Assembly: GCA_045535515.1 (NCBI GenBank)
Contig: JAZSLT010000010.1
Span: 1,916 to 65,915 of the forward strand
Length of the DNA: 64,000 bases
From: Clostridia bacterium
GTDB lineage: Bacteria; Bacillota; Clostridia; UMGS1883; UMGS1540
Direction of reading: 5' to 3'
Positions 1 through 8,982 of the stretch are shown here, one piece after another. Every line of letters starts with the position of its first letter. Position 1 is the first letter of the stretch. Both the position numbers and the translations under genes were made by a program. The notes beneath the pieces were generated by a model. That model had not been told where the DNA came from. It saw only the letters and a program-made list of their open reading frames with translations, and did not search any database.

Positions 1-13
1 TGCCCGGCATTTT

Positions 14-1378
14 TTATATCGCCGGTACCGGTACAGGCCGCGCCGCATCCCACACCTCGGACACTGTAAAGAGGTCCGAAAGCTTTTCGGGATTATAGTA
101 CATGCGGTAGCCGTCAAGATTTCGCCGGCCCTGCCGCATATAGTCGTCGCCAAGCTGTACCCAGTAGGTGTTGGAGTCCACATTACAGAAGTAACGGAAG
201 CCCATCCCCTTTAAAATATTGAATTTTTCGTTTTCCGCCGTATATTTTTCAATACCGGCAATATCGTTGCCATGGGCATAAATCAGAATGTCGGTCTCAC
301 CCAAAATGGGCGCAACCTCCGCCTGCCACTTTTCGGCATCGGCGCGGACTTCCTCGGCAGAAGACGAGCCGTAGTAGCGATGGCCCCAGCTGTGGCTTGC
401 AAATACCCAGCCAAGCTCACGCATTCTGTCTGCCACCGCCTTCGCCATGGGGATTTCCGCTTCGTTATATTCTTCGCCGGACGGGCAGGTGCGGTAGCCG
501 AGAACGCCGTCATACCCCGTAATGGCAAGCGTGGCGCGTGCGCCGCGGTAGGAAAAATCGGGGTGCTCCGCGATAAAGTGCTCTAAAATCGGCACCAAAT
601 CAAAGTCGCCGCGGATGACCGTGCCGTCCGCCTCTATGTATTCGCAGGTGGGGTAGCCGTCCTCGCCGATAACCAGGCGCGAGGCAAAGCCGTCACCCTT
701 CATATACTGATAGTAGCTTACATCGTCCTGACTCATAACAAGCGGCTTTTTATCCGGCGGCAGGAGAATTTCGCACTTTTCCATGCGCGTTGCGCCGTCC
801 TCGCCCGATGCAGGCTTTGCCATATCGTCCATGTTCACCAGCACAAAACCGCGCGCGTGGAGGGAGGAGAGCATGGCGCGAAACTCACTCACGGTCGTCA
901 TATACTGGTTATAGCCGTCCTCGGTGTACTCGCCGTCAAAGGCGCGGGCCGTATCGACCAAAAGCGTGTGGAAGAACACATGCGTCACTTCGTCGATGTT
1001 CGCGGGGACAAGCGTGGCCTTCGTTTCGGTAAACCGGTTTATAGCGGCGGTGAGGCTTTCGTTTTCCGCATAGCCGGCAAAGCTTTTTATATGCGCGATA
1101 GCGCCGTCATAATCATAGCCGGCGGCAAGCTTTTCGGCCGCGAAAAGCACGCTTTCCGCCGTTTCTGTCGGCGCCTCCGAGGAGGGGGCCTCCGTCACCT
1201 CGGCCACGGGCGGCTTTTCCCCTGTCGCCAGCCGGACAACGCCCCGCACACCAAAGAACAGTCCCGTTAAAATGAGCGCGCAAAGGCCAAAAAATACCAG
1301 ATAAAAAATGAAAGCTTGCTTCTTGTGTTTTTTTCGAATCTCTTTTTGTCTTTCTTCTGACAATGCCATAGCGTTCAC
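14..1378 (-). CDS. membrane-anchored putative polysaccharide deacetylase-family protein
   Basis: 454-aa ORF with an N-terminal TM segment and an HSWGH motif reminiscent of NodB motif 2. It is divergent from the 1527 gene and shares its promoter region. The family assignment is weak. Confidence 0.35.
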   Translation of the reverse strand: MNAMALSEERQKEIRKKHKKQAFIFYLVFFGLCALILTGLFFGVRGVVRLATGEKPPVAEVTEAPSSEAPTETAESVLFAAEKLAAGYDYDGAIAHIKSFAGYAENESLTAAINRFTETKATLVPANIDEVTHVFFHTLLVDTARAFDGEYTEDGYNQYMTTVSEFRAMLSSLHARGFVLVNMDDMAKPASGEDGATRMEKCEILLPPDKKPLVMSQDDVSYYQYMKGDGFASRLVIGEDGYPTCEYIEADGTVIRGDFDLVPILEHFIAEHPDFSYRGARATLAITGYDGVLGYRTCPSGEEYNEAEIPMAKAVADRMRELGWVFASHSWGHRYYGSSSAEEVRADAEKWQAEVAPILGETDILIYAHGNDIAGIEKYTAENEKFNILKGMGFRYFCNVDSNTYWVQLGDDYMRQGRRNLDGYRMYYNPEKLSDLFTVSEVWDAARPVPVPAI

Positions 1379-1446
1379 TTCCTTCCTTTCCTTATCTTAT
1401 CATACTTTGCGAATTTTGTCAAGAACTCGGGTACAGGCGGATTTTC

Positions 1447-1475
1447 TTGACAGAAGAGGGCGGGGATGGTATAAT
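1447..1475 (+). promoter_or_regulatory. sigma-70-type promoter (TTGACA, 17 bp, TGgTATAAT extended -10) for the DUF3048 gene
   Basis: TTGACA at 1447-1452 and TATAAT at 1470-1475 with a TG extension, about 50 bp upstream of the 1527 start. Confidence 0.5.
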
Positions 1476-1526
1476 AGAAGAGGAAAAAGCAACGGGCGCC
1501 TATAGGGTGCCGGAAAGGATGAACAA

Positions 1527-2525
1527 ATGAAAAAACTGTACAGTATTTTGCTTATCACCGCGCTGCTCCTTTGTGGCTGCAGTCCAAAAACGGAGAACCC
1601 ACCCGTAAGCTCTTCCCCGGCCGAGGCCACCGAGGCGCCGGCGGCGAAAAGCGAGTTTTACACAAAATATCAGGAGGAAACCCGCCGTCCCGTTGCCGTT
1701 ATGGTCGATAATGATAACAGCGCCGCGTGGCCGCATGCAGGTATAGAGGAGGCCTATATGATTTACGAGGTGCCGGTAGAGGGCGGCTCTACGCGCCTGA
1801 TGGCCTTCTTTTATCAGGACGGCCCCGAAAAAATCGGCCCTGTCCGCTCCTCGCGCCATTATTTCCTCGATTATGTGCTGGAGCATGATGCCATTTATAC
1901 GCATTTCGGCTATAGCCCGCGCGCGCAGGCCGATATTCCGGCGCTTGGCGTAAACAATATAAACGGCGTTTTAGGGACCGATGCGAATGTATTTTGGCGG
2001 GAAGGCGGCGGCTATCACAACGCCTTTACCTCCATGGAGCGTATTCTGGATATGACGGGGAAAAAGGAGTACCGCACCGAGCGCCAAAAAGCACCGCTTC
2101 CCTTTGCGACCGAGGATGCTGTCCCTGCCGGTGACATGGAGGCTAAAAATATAAAAATTCCGTATTCCGGCTTTTATTCCTCCGGCTTTTCCTATAACGA
2201 GGAAAACGGCACCTACGATAAGTATATGAACGGAAAACTACATCCCTTGCAGGGTGACGGCAAAATAGAAGCGAAAAACATTGTGATTATGCAGATGCGC
2301 ACCTACCCGCTCGGGGATGGCTCTGCCCGCATTAACATTGACACCGTAGGAAGCGGGGAAGGCTATTATATTTCCATGGGCAAGGCCGTGCCCATTACAT
2401 GGGAAAAGACGGCGCGCAGCGCCAAAACCGTATGGAAGAACGAGGCGGGAGAGGAAATCGCCTTAAATCCCGGGCAGACATGGGTCATGCTTCTGCCGAG
2501 CGGCGTTTCTCCCCAGATAGGATAA
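1527..2525 (+). CDS. DUF3048-family lipoprotein (YerB-like)
   Basis: Signal peptide with a lipobox (LLLCGCS). The MVDNDNSAAWPHAGIEEAYMIYEVPVEGGSTRLMAFF block is typical of DUF3048. Confidence 0.6.
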   Translation: MKKLYSILLITALLLCGCSPKTENPPVSSSPAEATEAPAAKSEFYTKYQEETRRPVAVMVDNDNSAAWPHAGIEEAYMIYEVPVEGGSTRLMAFFYQDGPEKIGPVRSSRHYFLDYVLEHDAIYTHFGYSPRAQADIPALGVNNINGVLGTDANVFWREGGGYHNAFTSMERILDMTGKKEYRTERQKAPLPFATEDAVPAGDMEAKNIKIPYSGFYSSGFSYNEENGTYDKYMNGKLHPLQGDGKIEAKNIVIMQMRTYPLGDGSARINIDTVGSGEGYYISMGKAVPITWEKTARSAKTVWKNEAGEEIALNPGQTWVMLLPSGVSPQIG

Positions 2526-2526
2526 T

Positions 2527-3867
2527 ATGCAGAAGAATGACATTTTAACCGTTAAGATTATCGGTCAGGGCTGTGAGGGGGAAGGCGTTGCCAAAATGGA
2601 GGGCTTCCCCCTCTTTATCCCGGGTGCAATCCATGGCGAAGTGTGCCGTGTGCAGGTGGTAAAGCTTGCAAAAGGGCATGGCTTTGCCCGTCTTTTAGAG
2701 GTGGCCGAGCCATCCAAGCATCGCGCCGCGCCGCCTTGTCCCGTGTACACAAAATGCGGCGGCTGCAGCCTTATGCACATGGATAGAGAGGCGCAGCTTT
2801 TGTGGAAACGCGCGCGCGTGAAGGAGGCCTTTCGCCATATCGGCGGCATGGCGGCCACGGTTGCGCCTGTGGAAACGGACGGACGCACCACAGGATATCG
2901 TAATAAAATACAAATGCCGGTAGCGGCGATTAGAGGGCGCATCGCGGCCGGCTTTTTTGCGCCTCGCTCCCACCGCATCGTGCCTTGCGAGGGGTGCCTT
3001 TTGCAATCGGAAAAGACAGGGGAAATTATCCGCACCATCACGCGCTGGATGGAAGAAAACCATATCGCGCCCTACGAGGAGGAAACGCATTGCGGGCAGG
3101 TGCGCCATATCTTCGTGCGCGAAGGGGACGGCGGCGAATGTATGGTCTCCCTCATCACGCGCACGCGCACGCTTTCGGCGACCCGGGAGCTTACAGAGGC
3201 GCTCCTTAAAAAAGGCGTTACTACCATTTTGCAGAACATAAACCCCGCGCGTACCAATGTCATTTTAGGCGCGGAAACGCGCGTTTTATACGGAAGCGGC
3301 AAGGTGCAAAAAAGCCTTGGCGACCTCACCTTTTCCGTTTCGCACCATTCCTTCTTTCAAGTCAACGCACCCATGGCCGAGCGGTTGTACGAAAAGGGAC
3401 TTTCCCTTCTCGGCGATATTGCCGACAAAACGGTTTTCGACCTGTACTGCGGCATCGGCTCCATCTCCCTCTTTTTAGCGAGGCGGGCGAAAAAGGTCAT
3501 CGGCGTTGAAATCGTACCCGAGGCTGTTCGCGATGCCGAGGAAAATGCCCGCCGAAACGGCATAGACAACGCCGTTTTCTATGCAGGCGATGCCTTCGAA
3601 GTAACAAAGGCCTGTATGGAAAAGGGCGAGCGCGCTGATATCGCGGTGGTAGACCCGCCACGAAAGGGCTGCGACCCCCGGCTCCTCGAAACGCTTTTTT
3701 CGATGCGGCCGGAGAAAATATTGTATATTTCCTGTAACCCGGCCACCCTCGCGCGCGACGCAAAGGCTTTGGCCGAAAAAGGCTATCGCATCGGCACCGT
3801 GTATCCTTTTGATTTATTTCCGAACACAAGCCATGTGGAGTGCGTCGTGCGACTATGTCGCACATAA
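2527..3867 (+). CDS. rlmD: 23S rRNA (uracil-C5)-methyltransferase RlmD/RumA family (TRAM domain, 4Fe-4S cysteines, SAM MTase)
   Basis: 446 aa. N-terminal TRAM domain, a CxxxxxCGGC cysteine cluster, a class I SAM-binding motif (DLYCGIGSISL) and the C-terminal catalytic Cys region. Confidence 0.8.
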   Translation: MQKNDILTVKIIGQGCEGEGVAKMEGFPLFIPGAIHGEVCRVQVVKLAKGHGFARLLEVAEPSKHRAAPPCPVYTKCGGCSLMHMDREAQLLWKRARVKEAFRHIGGMAATVAPVETDGRTTGYRNKIQMPVAAIRGRIAAGFFAPRSHRIVPCEGCLLQSEKTGEIIRTITRWMEENHIAPYEEETHCGQVRHIFVREGDGGECMVSLITRTRTLSATRELTEALLKKGVTTILQNINPARTNVILGAETRVLYGSGKVQKSLGDLTFSVSHHSFFQVNAPMAERLYEKGLSLLGDIADKTVFDLYCGIGSISLFLARRAKKVIGVEIVPEAVRDAEENARRNGIDNAVFYAGDAFEVTKACMEKGERADIAVVDPPRKGCDPRLLETLFSMRPEKILYISCNPATLARDAKALAEKGYRIGTVYPFDLFPNTSHVECVVRLCRT

Positions 3868-4012
3868 GACGCATCGATATAAATCTCTTACGAGATTTTC
3901 GATATATCCTAAAGGATTCGATATGTGCCAAGGCACTCGATATGTTTCCTTCGGAAACGAGCAAGGCGAGTATGTCGCACACAACACGCATCGATATAAA
4001 TCTCTTGCGCGG
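3843..4012 (+). repeat. CGATAT box/hairpin array (family A, locus 1) with an internal ~40-bp direct repeat
   Basis: TCGATAT boxes start at 3874, 3899, 3918 and 3937 (spacing 25, 19, 19 bp). Each is followed by a different short hairpin: aaatctc/gagattt, atcc/ggat, gtgcc/ggcac, gtttcc/ggaaac. The segment 3843-3883 is repeated at 3972-4012. Confidence 0.7.
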
Positions 4013-4082
4013 CTTTCGGTTGTTCCGTGCATCGCACAAAAAGAGGCAGAAAAAACAATCCCTCCGCGTTTGCTACGCAAAC

Positions 4083-4112
4083 CCGCCTCCCTTTACACAA
4101 GGGAGGCTTTTT
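4083..4112 (+). terminator. intrinsic terminator hairpin (gcctccc...gggaggc + T-run), likely for rlmD
   Basis: A GC-rich 7-bp stem followed by TTTTTATTT. Confidence 0.5.
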
Positions 4113-4139
4113 ATTTGCACACGGAAGCATTCAAAATTA

Positions 4140-4178
4140 AGAAAGAAATCCGCTGTAAGGCGGATTTCTTTCTTATTC
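4140..4178. terminator. hairpin aagaaagaaatccgc-tgtaa-ggcggatttctttctt (first copy)
   Basis: A 15-bp stem flanked by A-rich and T-rich runs. An identical copy lies at 4353-4391. Confidence 0.5.
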
Positions 4179-4249
4179 GTTTTTATTTTGTTTTTACCTT
4201 GTGGGGTCTGTGCAGTTTTTGGGGGCGAAAGAAAAGTGTGCAGATTGTG

Positions 4250-4329
4250 CAAACTGAGCGAAAACAAGGCGTAGCCTTGTTTTCGGTTACCCGAAAGCGT
4301 ACATGGGTACGCTGAGTGGCGAAGTTTGT
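4250..4329 (+). ncRNA. three-way-junction structured repeat, copy E1 (unclassified RNA-like element)
   Basis: P1 caaact/agtttg. P2 cgaaaacaaggc-gta-gccttgttttcg. Conserved acccgaa(a)g linker. P3 cgtac-atgg-gtacg. Conserved gagtggcgaag. Confidence 0.45.
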
Positions 4330-4352
4330 GCAAACCACAAGGCGTTCAGATT

Positions 4353-4391
4353 AAAAAAGAAATCCGCTGTAAGGCGGATTTCTTTCTTCTT
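4353..4391. terminator. second copy of the gaaatccgc...gcggatttc hairpin
   Basis: Same stem sequence as 4140-4178. It follows E1 after an AAAAAAG run. Confidence 0.5.
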
Positions 4392-4466
4392 AATTTCTTA
4401 TTCCATTTTTGCCTTGTGGGTTCTGCGCAGTTTCTTGTGGGGATGGAAAAAAAGATGCAGAATAAA

Positions 4467-4540
4467 CGAACTGAGCCGAGCGAGCTTACTCGCGAGGGAT
4501 ACCCGAAGTCGTACATGGGTACGACGAGCGGCGAAGTTCG
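4467..4540 (+). ncRNA. three-way-junction structured repeat, copy E2
   Basis: P1 cgaact/agttcg, a compensatory change relative to E1. P2 cgagcgag-cttac-ctcgcgag. Conserved acccgaagt. P3 tcgtac-atgg-gtacga. Conserved gagcggcgaag. Confidence 0.45.
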
Positions 4541-4564
4541 TTTAGAGCTTATGGGCATAAAAAA

Positions 4565-4595
4565 GTAGAAATCTGCAAAAATTGCAGATTTCTAC
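4565..4595. terminator. hairpin gtagaaatctgc-aaaaatt-gcagatttctac following E2
   Basis: A 12-bp perfect stem flanked by AAAAAA upstream and a T-rich tail downstream. Confidence 0.45.
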
Positions 4596-4689
4596 ATAAA
4601 GTTACTTGTTATGGTATTTTCTACATTTTAGAAATGTTAAAAACTTGCCCATAAGCGGTCAGCGCTTTTTTTACATTCCCAGCCCCGAT

Positions 4690-6513
4690 TTATTCGGGCA
4701 TGATAATAATTGCCGTCGCCTCATACGCCCCGCTGGAGGTAAGGCCTGTTACGGAAACCTTCATGCCGGTTTTGAGGTCCTTCACGGTCCTTGCAGAGCC
4801 GTCACCACTATCAATAACCTTGAGGTTTGCGCGTTTGGTGAAGACCGTCAGCGTCGAGGTTGCGCCGTTTTCATCGAGTGTGGCCAGCGTGAAGAAGCCA
4901 TACGAGGTGTTAATCGTTTCAATCGTACCGGTGATGGCCGCTGTGGTGGCCGGCGCCGTGCTGGTAAGGCTCGTTACCGTTTCGCTGTCAACGCTTGCGC
5001 TGATGGAGGCGCCGAGGCGCAGGTCATAAATCGTGCCTTCCTTGCCGTCCACGGTGTAGACGCAATCGCGCGATAAGCTATAGGTGCTCACAGCGTTGTT
5101 TGCGCGGATTTTAATGGCCGGAAGCTTGGCAATAATAATTTCCTCAATCGTGCCTTGTGTGATAAACTTGCTGCTGGTAGCCGTTACGGTGGCTACTCTT
5201 TCGTAGCGAAGGAGTACGGTAACCTTATCGCCGACGAGAATCTGGTCGGCCTCTGCGGAGGCGCCGTTTCTTTTCGCCACTACACTTTCCGCTACCTGAT
5301 AGGTTTCCACCTCGCCGTTTGTAAGGCGGATGGCATAGGAAAGCACAGGCTCCAGCGTAATATTTTCAATCGTACCTTTAATGTTTCGTTCGCTTTCCTC
5401 GGCTTCAATCACCACGACCTCGCCCGCGCGAATCTGCAGCTTTACGGCCTGCAGGCGTTTTAAATCAGAAATCGTGCCTGCGGTGCCCTCATAGGTGATA
5501 GCAGCTTCGTCCGAAATCGGATAGGTAAATTCCTCCTCGTCGTTATCTATGGCAAATACCGTGATTTTCTTTTCGCGGCCGGTGGTGACGACAGAAGAAA
5601 TGGCACCCTCAAATATCTCGTCCGGTTCTCTTGTGATGGTATCTATGCCATACAGAACTTCATCGCGCAGCGTAAGTAAAAGCTCGGAGCCTAAGGCGAT
5701 GCGGGAGAAATCCTCGCTATAGCCGTCCTGCTTTATGAGCGGCTTTGTTCCTACGGCTGTGCTAATCTGTGCTTCTTCCCCTTCCTCTGTCAGGAAAGTA
5801 ATGGTTTCCAGCTCGCTGTCAACCTCTTTCACCGTACCCAGCACATAGGTTTCCTTCATTTTGCCGCGCAGGCGATACAAAAGCGTGGCAATCTGCGCGC
5901 GGTTTACCTCTTCCATGGGGCCGAACAGGCCGTCGCCCATGCCGTTCATCAGTTCCTCATCCGTTACATAGCGCACATACGGCTTTGCATCGGCGGGGAT
6001 ATCCGCAGAGTCTTTATATTCTCCGGTGGAGGCATCGAGGTCCACCTTATTGCCCGCGCCCATAACGCGTGTTAAGAGCTTGGCCACCTCGTAGCGCTTC
6101 ATACCGGTCGAAGCATTGTCGCCCCCGATATAGAAGGACAGTTCCTTCTCCGTCAGCACTTCCTTATACAGGAGGAAGGCAACCTCGCTTTCATAAGGTG
6201 TATCATACTTTTCTAAAATGTCCGCATAAAACTCGGTGGCAAAGGCAGAAAAGGAGCTGAGCGTTTCATTGGTAAAGCCCAAGATACGCGCACTTAAAAC
6301 CAATGCCTCGATTTTGGTAACGGTGCGTTCCGGCTTAAAGGTGTTATCGGTGTAACCCTTAATAATGCCGTCCTCCACCATTTCCTCTACCGCATCCAGC
6401 GCCCAACCGTAGCTGTCTTTGGTAACATCGGGGAAGGTGGCCGCCATTGCAGACAGGCCCATTGTGCCTAAAAGTATAGCCGCGAGTACTACGCAAATCA
6501 ACTTTTTACTCAT
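4690..6513 (-). CDS. S-layer homology (SLH) domain cell-wall-anchored protein
   Basis: Signal peptide, then three SLH-like repeats (FPDVTKDSYGWALDAVEEMVEDGIIKGY, etc.) ahead of a long extracellular region. 607 aa. Confidence 0.7.
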   Translation of the reverse strand: MSKKLICVVLAAILLGTMGLSAMAATFPDVTKDSYGWALDAVEEMVEDGIIKGYTDNTFKPERTVTKIEALVLSARILGFTNETLSSFSAFATEFYADILEKYDTPYESEVAFLLYKEVLTEKELSFYIGGDNASTGMKRYEVAKLLTRVMGAGNKVDLDASTGEYKDSADIPADAKPYVRYVTDEELMNGMGDGLFGPMEEVNRAQIATLLYRLRGKMKETYVLGTVKEVDSELETITFLTEEGEEAQISTAVGTKPLIKQDGYSEDFSRIALGSELLLTLRDEVLYGIDTITREPDEIFEGAISSVVTTGREKKITVFAIDNDEEEFTYPISDEAAITYEGTAGTISDLKRLQAVKLQIRAGEVVVIEAEESERNIKGTIENITLEPVLSYAIRLTNGEVETYQVAESVVAKRNGASAEADQILVGDKVTVLLRYERVATVTATSSKFITQGTIEEIIIAKLPAIKIRANNAVSTYSLSRDCVYTVDGKEGTIYDLRLGASISASVDSETVTSLTSTAPATTAAITGTIETINTSYGFFTLATLDENGATSTLTVFTKRANLKVIDSGDGSARTVKDLKTGMKVSVTGLTSSGAYEATAIIIMPE

Positions 6514-6571
6514 TATGTAGTCCGTCCTTTCCTGGTAATTATGTATATTATACCATATGTTGTTTTATTTT

Positions 6572-8965
6572 TCAACTATTTTCGTGCGAAAATACAATTT
6601 TTTTGCGTTTTTTCCCTAAAAGGAAAAGCAAAATAATTGCCGTTCCCGTAGAGAGCGCAAGTCCCGTATAAAAGCCGGGGGAAACGAACCGTATCTCGAT
6701 GTGCGAGGTTCCTGCCGGCACCACAAACGAAAGGTAGGTGTCCATATAGGCAGAGGTCTCGGCCTTTTTGCCGTTGATTTTTACCGAGAACCCCTTTGTA
6801 CGGGGGATAGATGTAAAGACAAGGCTCTCTTTTTCCGTGTCGATATTGGCCGAGAGGCCTGTGCTCTTCTTTTGTACATCGTAGAAAGCTTCTTTTTGCA
6901 GCTTCGCGATGCTGTCCTTATAAGCCGCTGTGTCTAAATACTGCAAAAACATGGTGGTCAGCGGCACTTTTTTATTGTTTAGCGCCTTGACCTCTATTTC
7001 TACCTCCTCACCCGGCGCAAAGGTGCCGAGATATAAATTTATTTTGGTTTCCCGCGTGAAATAATGCGCGTGGAAAATATCGTTTACATATACCTCACAG
7101 ACATCCTCTTCCTCGCCGTCCATATAAAGATACACAGGCTCGCTGTTTGGCGCGGTGAAGGTAATGGTCGTGACGGTTTTCTTCGCGTTACTTTTCTTTC
7201 TGTATTCTATCGGATAAAAGATATCCTGCTCGATACCCGACAGGCACTCTATAAGCACATTCTGGTTTTTAAACGGATTGGCCGAAGAAAATTCGCCCAT
7301 ATCCATATTCCGGTCGGCCACAAAGCCCATCGGCAGCACATAGTCGTTTTTGTACAGCGTTTTGCTGTTATAATGCTTTTTTTCGGTATAAAATTCTTCG
7401 CTTCTTTCGCTTTTGGCCATAATGTATTTTACGCCCAGAATACTGTCCGTAACCGGCGTGGAGCCAAAATAAGAGTTCCAGAAAAATGCCTGCGCCATGC
7501 CTGCATTTTTCGTGAAGGTGTTAATGTTCTTATTATTATGGGAAGAAAAGTGTGTGATGCCATGATAACCGAGGAGCATGGAATCGTTCTTCGAATACTC
7601 GTAATCCTTTTCCACGCGGAAGAGGCCCTCGGTATCCTTGGTGACTTCACTTAAAAACCCGCTCGTTTCATCGCAAAAATCCTTGTAATCGGTAAATTTT
7701 TTATAAGTAAACTCTCTGTCCAGTCCCATAAGCATAACCTTGGAATTGTGGTACATCGTGCAGCTGAGCAGAAAAATGAGAAAAATGCAAATCGCGCTCT
7801 TGAAAACCGGCTTCAGCCGTATTTCCATATGCGCAAACTGCATATACGCCATAAAGACCATGAAAAAGCTGAAAAGAAAGGCATAGCGGTAGGGGAACCA
7901 GTTCGGCGTCTGAAACCCGTGCCAGACCTCATCGAGCGGCACCACCCAAAAGCTTACAACGAACAGGCCGATGATAGCGCCTGCCATCACCTTCGCCTTT
8001 GTCACGATTTTCGGGTTAAAGAAGAAGGCTATGGCCAGACAGGTAACGCCCACGCCGCAGAAAATGGCCGGCAGGCCGCCGTTCATGATGCTATCGTAAA
8101 AATTCGGCGTTAATTTCCGGAAGATATCCATAAAGGGGAAATTGAAGGTTTCGGGATTTTCCCAGCCGGCACCCTTGGTCGTTAAGTCCACCACCGTCGG
8201 CACAATCAGCCACGCGCTAAGGCCAATACCGGCCAGCGCGGACAGGGCAATCTTCACAAAATTTTGCCAAAGTGCCTTCGTTTCCTTTATTCCATGCAGC
8301 CAGAACCACCGGTAAAAGTAATACATCACACAGAAAACGGAAACGGAAAAGGCAAGATAATAGTTACAGATAAACACGGCCGCAATGCTCAGGATAAAAA
8401 GCGTGCCACGCCCTTTTCGGATAATATATTCTATGCCGCACAGAATAAGCGGCAGCAAAATGACGGCATCCAGCCACATCAGCGACAGGGAATAGACGAG
8501 ATTATAGCTCATCAGGGCGTAGGCTGTCGTAAAATACAGCTTAAAGGCACGGTTTTCGTCGAAGGCCTTGTCTAAATAGATGGAAAGCGTCACCCCGCAA
8601 AGGGAGATTTTGATAATTGTTAAAAGTAGGATGCCCAGCGGCAGGGTGTCGGTGCTAAACAGCACGGTGATAAAGGACAGGGGGCTTGCCAGATAATAGG
8701 CAAAAAGGCCGATGTAATTTTGGCCCATTCCCTTCTCCCAGGAGAAAAACAGGCTGGTATCGCCGCTGAAAAGGCCCTTTAGGGAGGAGAAAAAATGTAC
8801 ATACTGGTCGTTCATATCCATAATCAGGAGCGACCGCTCTCCAAACGGATAAAACCCCATAACGCGCAGTACAAGCGTTAATATGACCGCCGGCAAAAGA
8901 AAGGCCAGCGCGTGATAAAGATATTTTATTTTCGTATGCTTTTGCCCGAGCTTTGCGTTTTTCAT
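6572..8965 (-). CDS. YfhO-family polytopic membrane protein (glycosylation of teichoic acid-type polymers)
   Basis: 797 aa with many TM helices. The N-terminal region and length match the YfhO family, and it sits beside a GtrB/CsbB-type GT2. Confidence 0.7.
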   Translation of the reverse strand: MKNAKLGQKHTKIKYLYHALAFLLPAVILTLVLRVMGFYPFGERSLLIMDMNDQYVHFFSSLKGLFSGDTSLFFSWEKGMGQNYIGLFAYYLASPLSFITVLFSTDTLPLGILLLTIIKISLCGVTLSIYLDKAFDENRAFKLYFTTAYALMSYNLVYSLSLMWLDAVILLPLILCGIEYIIRKGRGTLFILSIAAVFICNYYLAFSVSVFCVMYYFYRWFWLHGIKETKALWQNFVKIALSALAGIGLSAWLIVPTVVDLTTKGAGWENPETFNFPFMDIFRKLTPNFYDSIMNGGLPAIFCGVGVTCLAIAFFFNPKIVTKAKVMAGAIIGLFVVSFWVVPLDEVWHGFQTPNWFPYRYAFLFSFFMVFMAYMQFAHMEIRLKPVFKSAICIFLIFLLSCTMYHNSKVMLMGLDREFTYKKFTDYKDFCDETSGFLSEVTKDTEGLFRVEKDYEYSKNDSMLLGYHGITHFSSHNNKNINTFTKNAGMAQAFFWNSYFGSTPVTDSILGVKYIMAKSERSEEFYTEKKHYNSKTLYKNDYVLPMGFVADRNMDMGEFSSANPFKNQNVLIECLSGIEQDIFYPIEYRKKSNAKKTVTTITFTAPNSEPVYLYMDGEEEDVCEVYVNDIFHAHYFTRETKINLYLGTFAPGEEVEIEVKALNNKKVPLTTMFLQYLDTAAYKDSIAKLQKEAFYDVQKKSTGLSANIDTEKESLVFTSIPRTKGFSVKINGKKAETSAYMDTYLSFVVPAGTSHIEIRFVSPGFYTGLALSTGTAIILLFLLGKKRKKIVFSHENS

Positions 8966-8982
8966 AAAACCTCTCCTGTTTT

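Noticed and set aside
4250-4329. Hammerhead ribozyme interpretation of the three-way junction (CUGAG in J1/2 and GAAG in J2/3)
   Set aside because: The catalytic core would need CUGAnGA and GAAA with an A15.1-U16.1 pair. The copies have CUGAGCG/GAA in J1/2 and GAAG(U) in J2/3. J1/2 is not even conserved in E3, so the core does not fit.
3809-4568. A stack of 70-180-aa ORFs on both strands (e.g. 3809-4315, 3840-4274, 3497-4039) in the rlmD-SLH intergenic region
   Set aside because: They are read through box arrays, duplicated terminator hairpins and E elements. The translated products are low-complexity and basic with internally repeated peptides, and there are no RBSs. The region is better explained as non-coding repeat modules.
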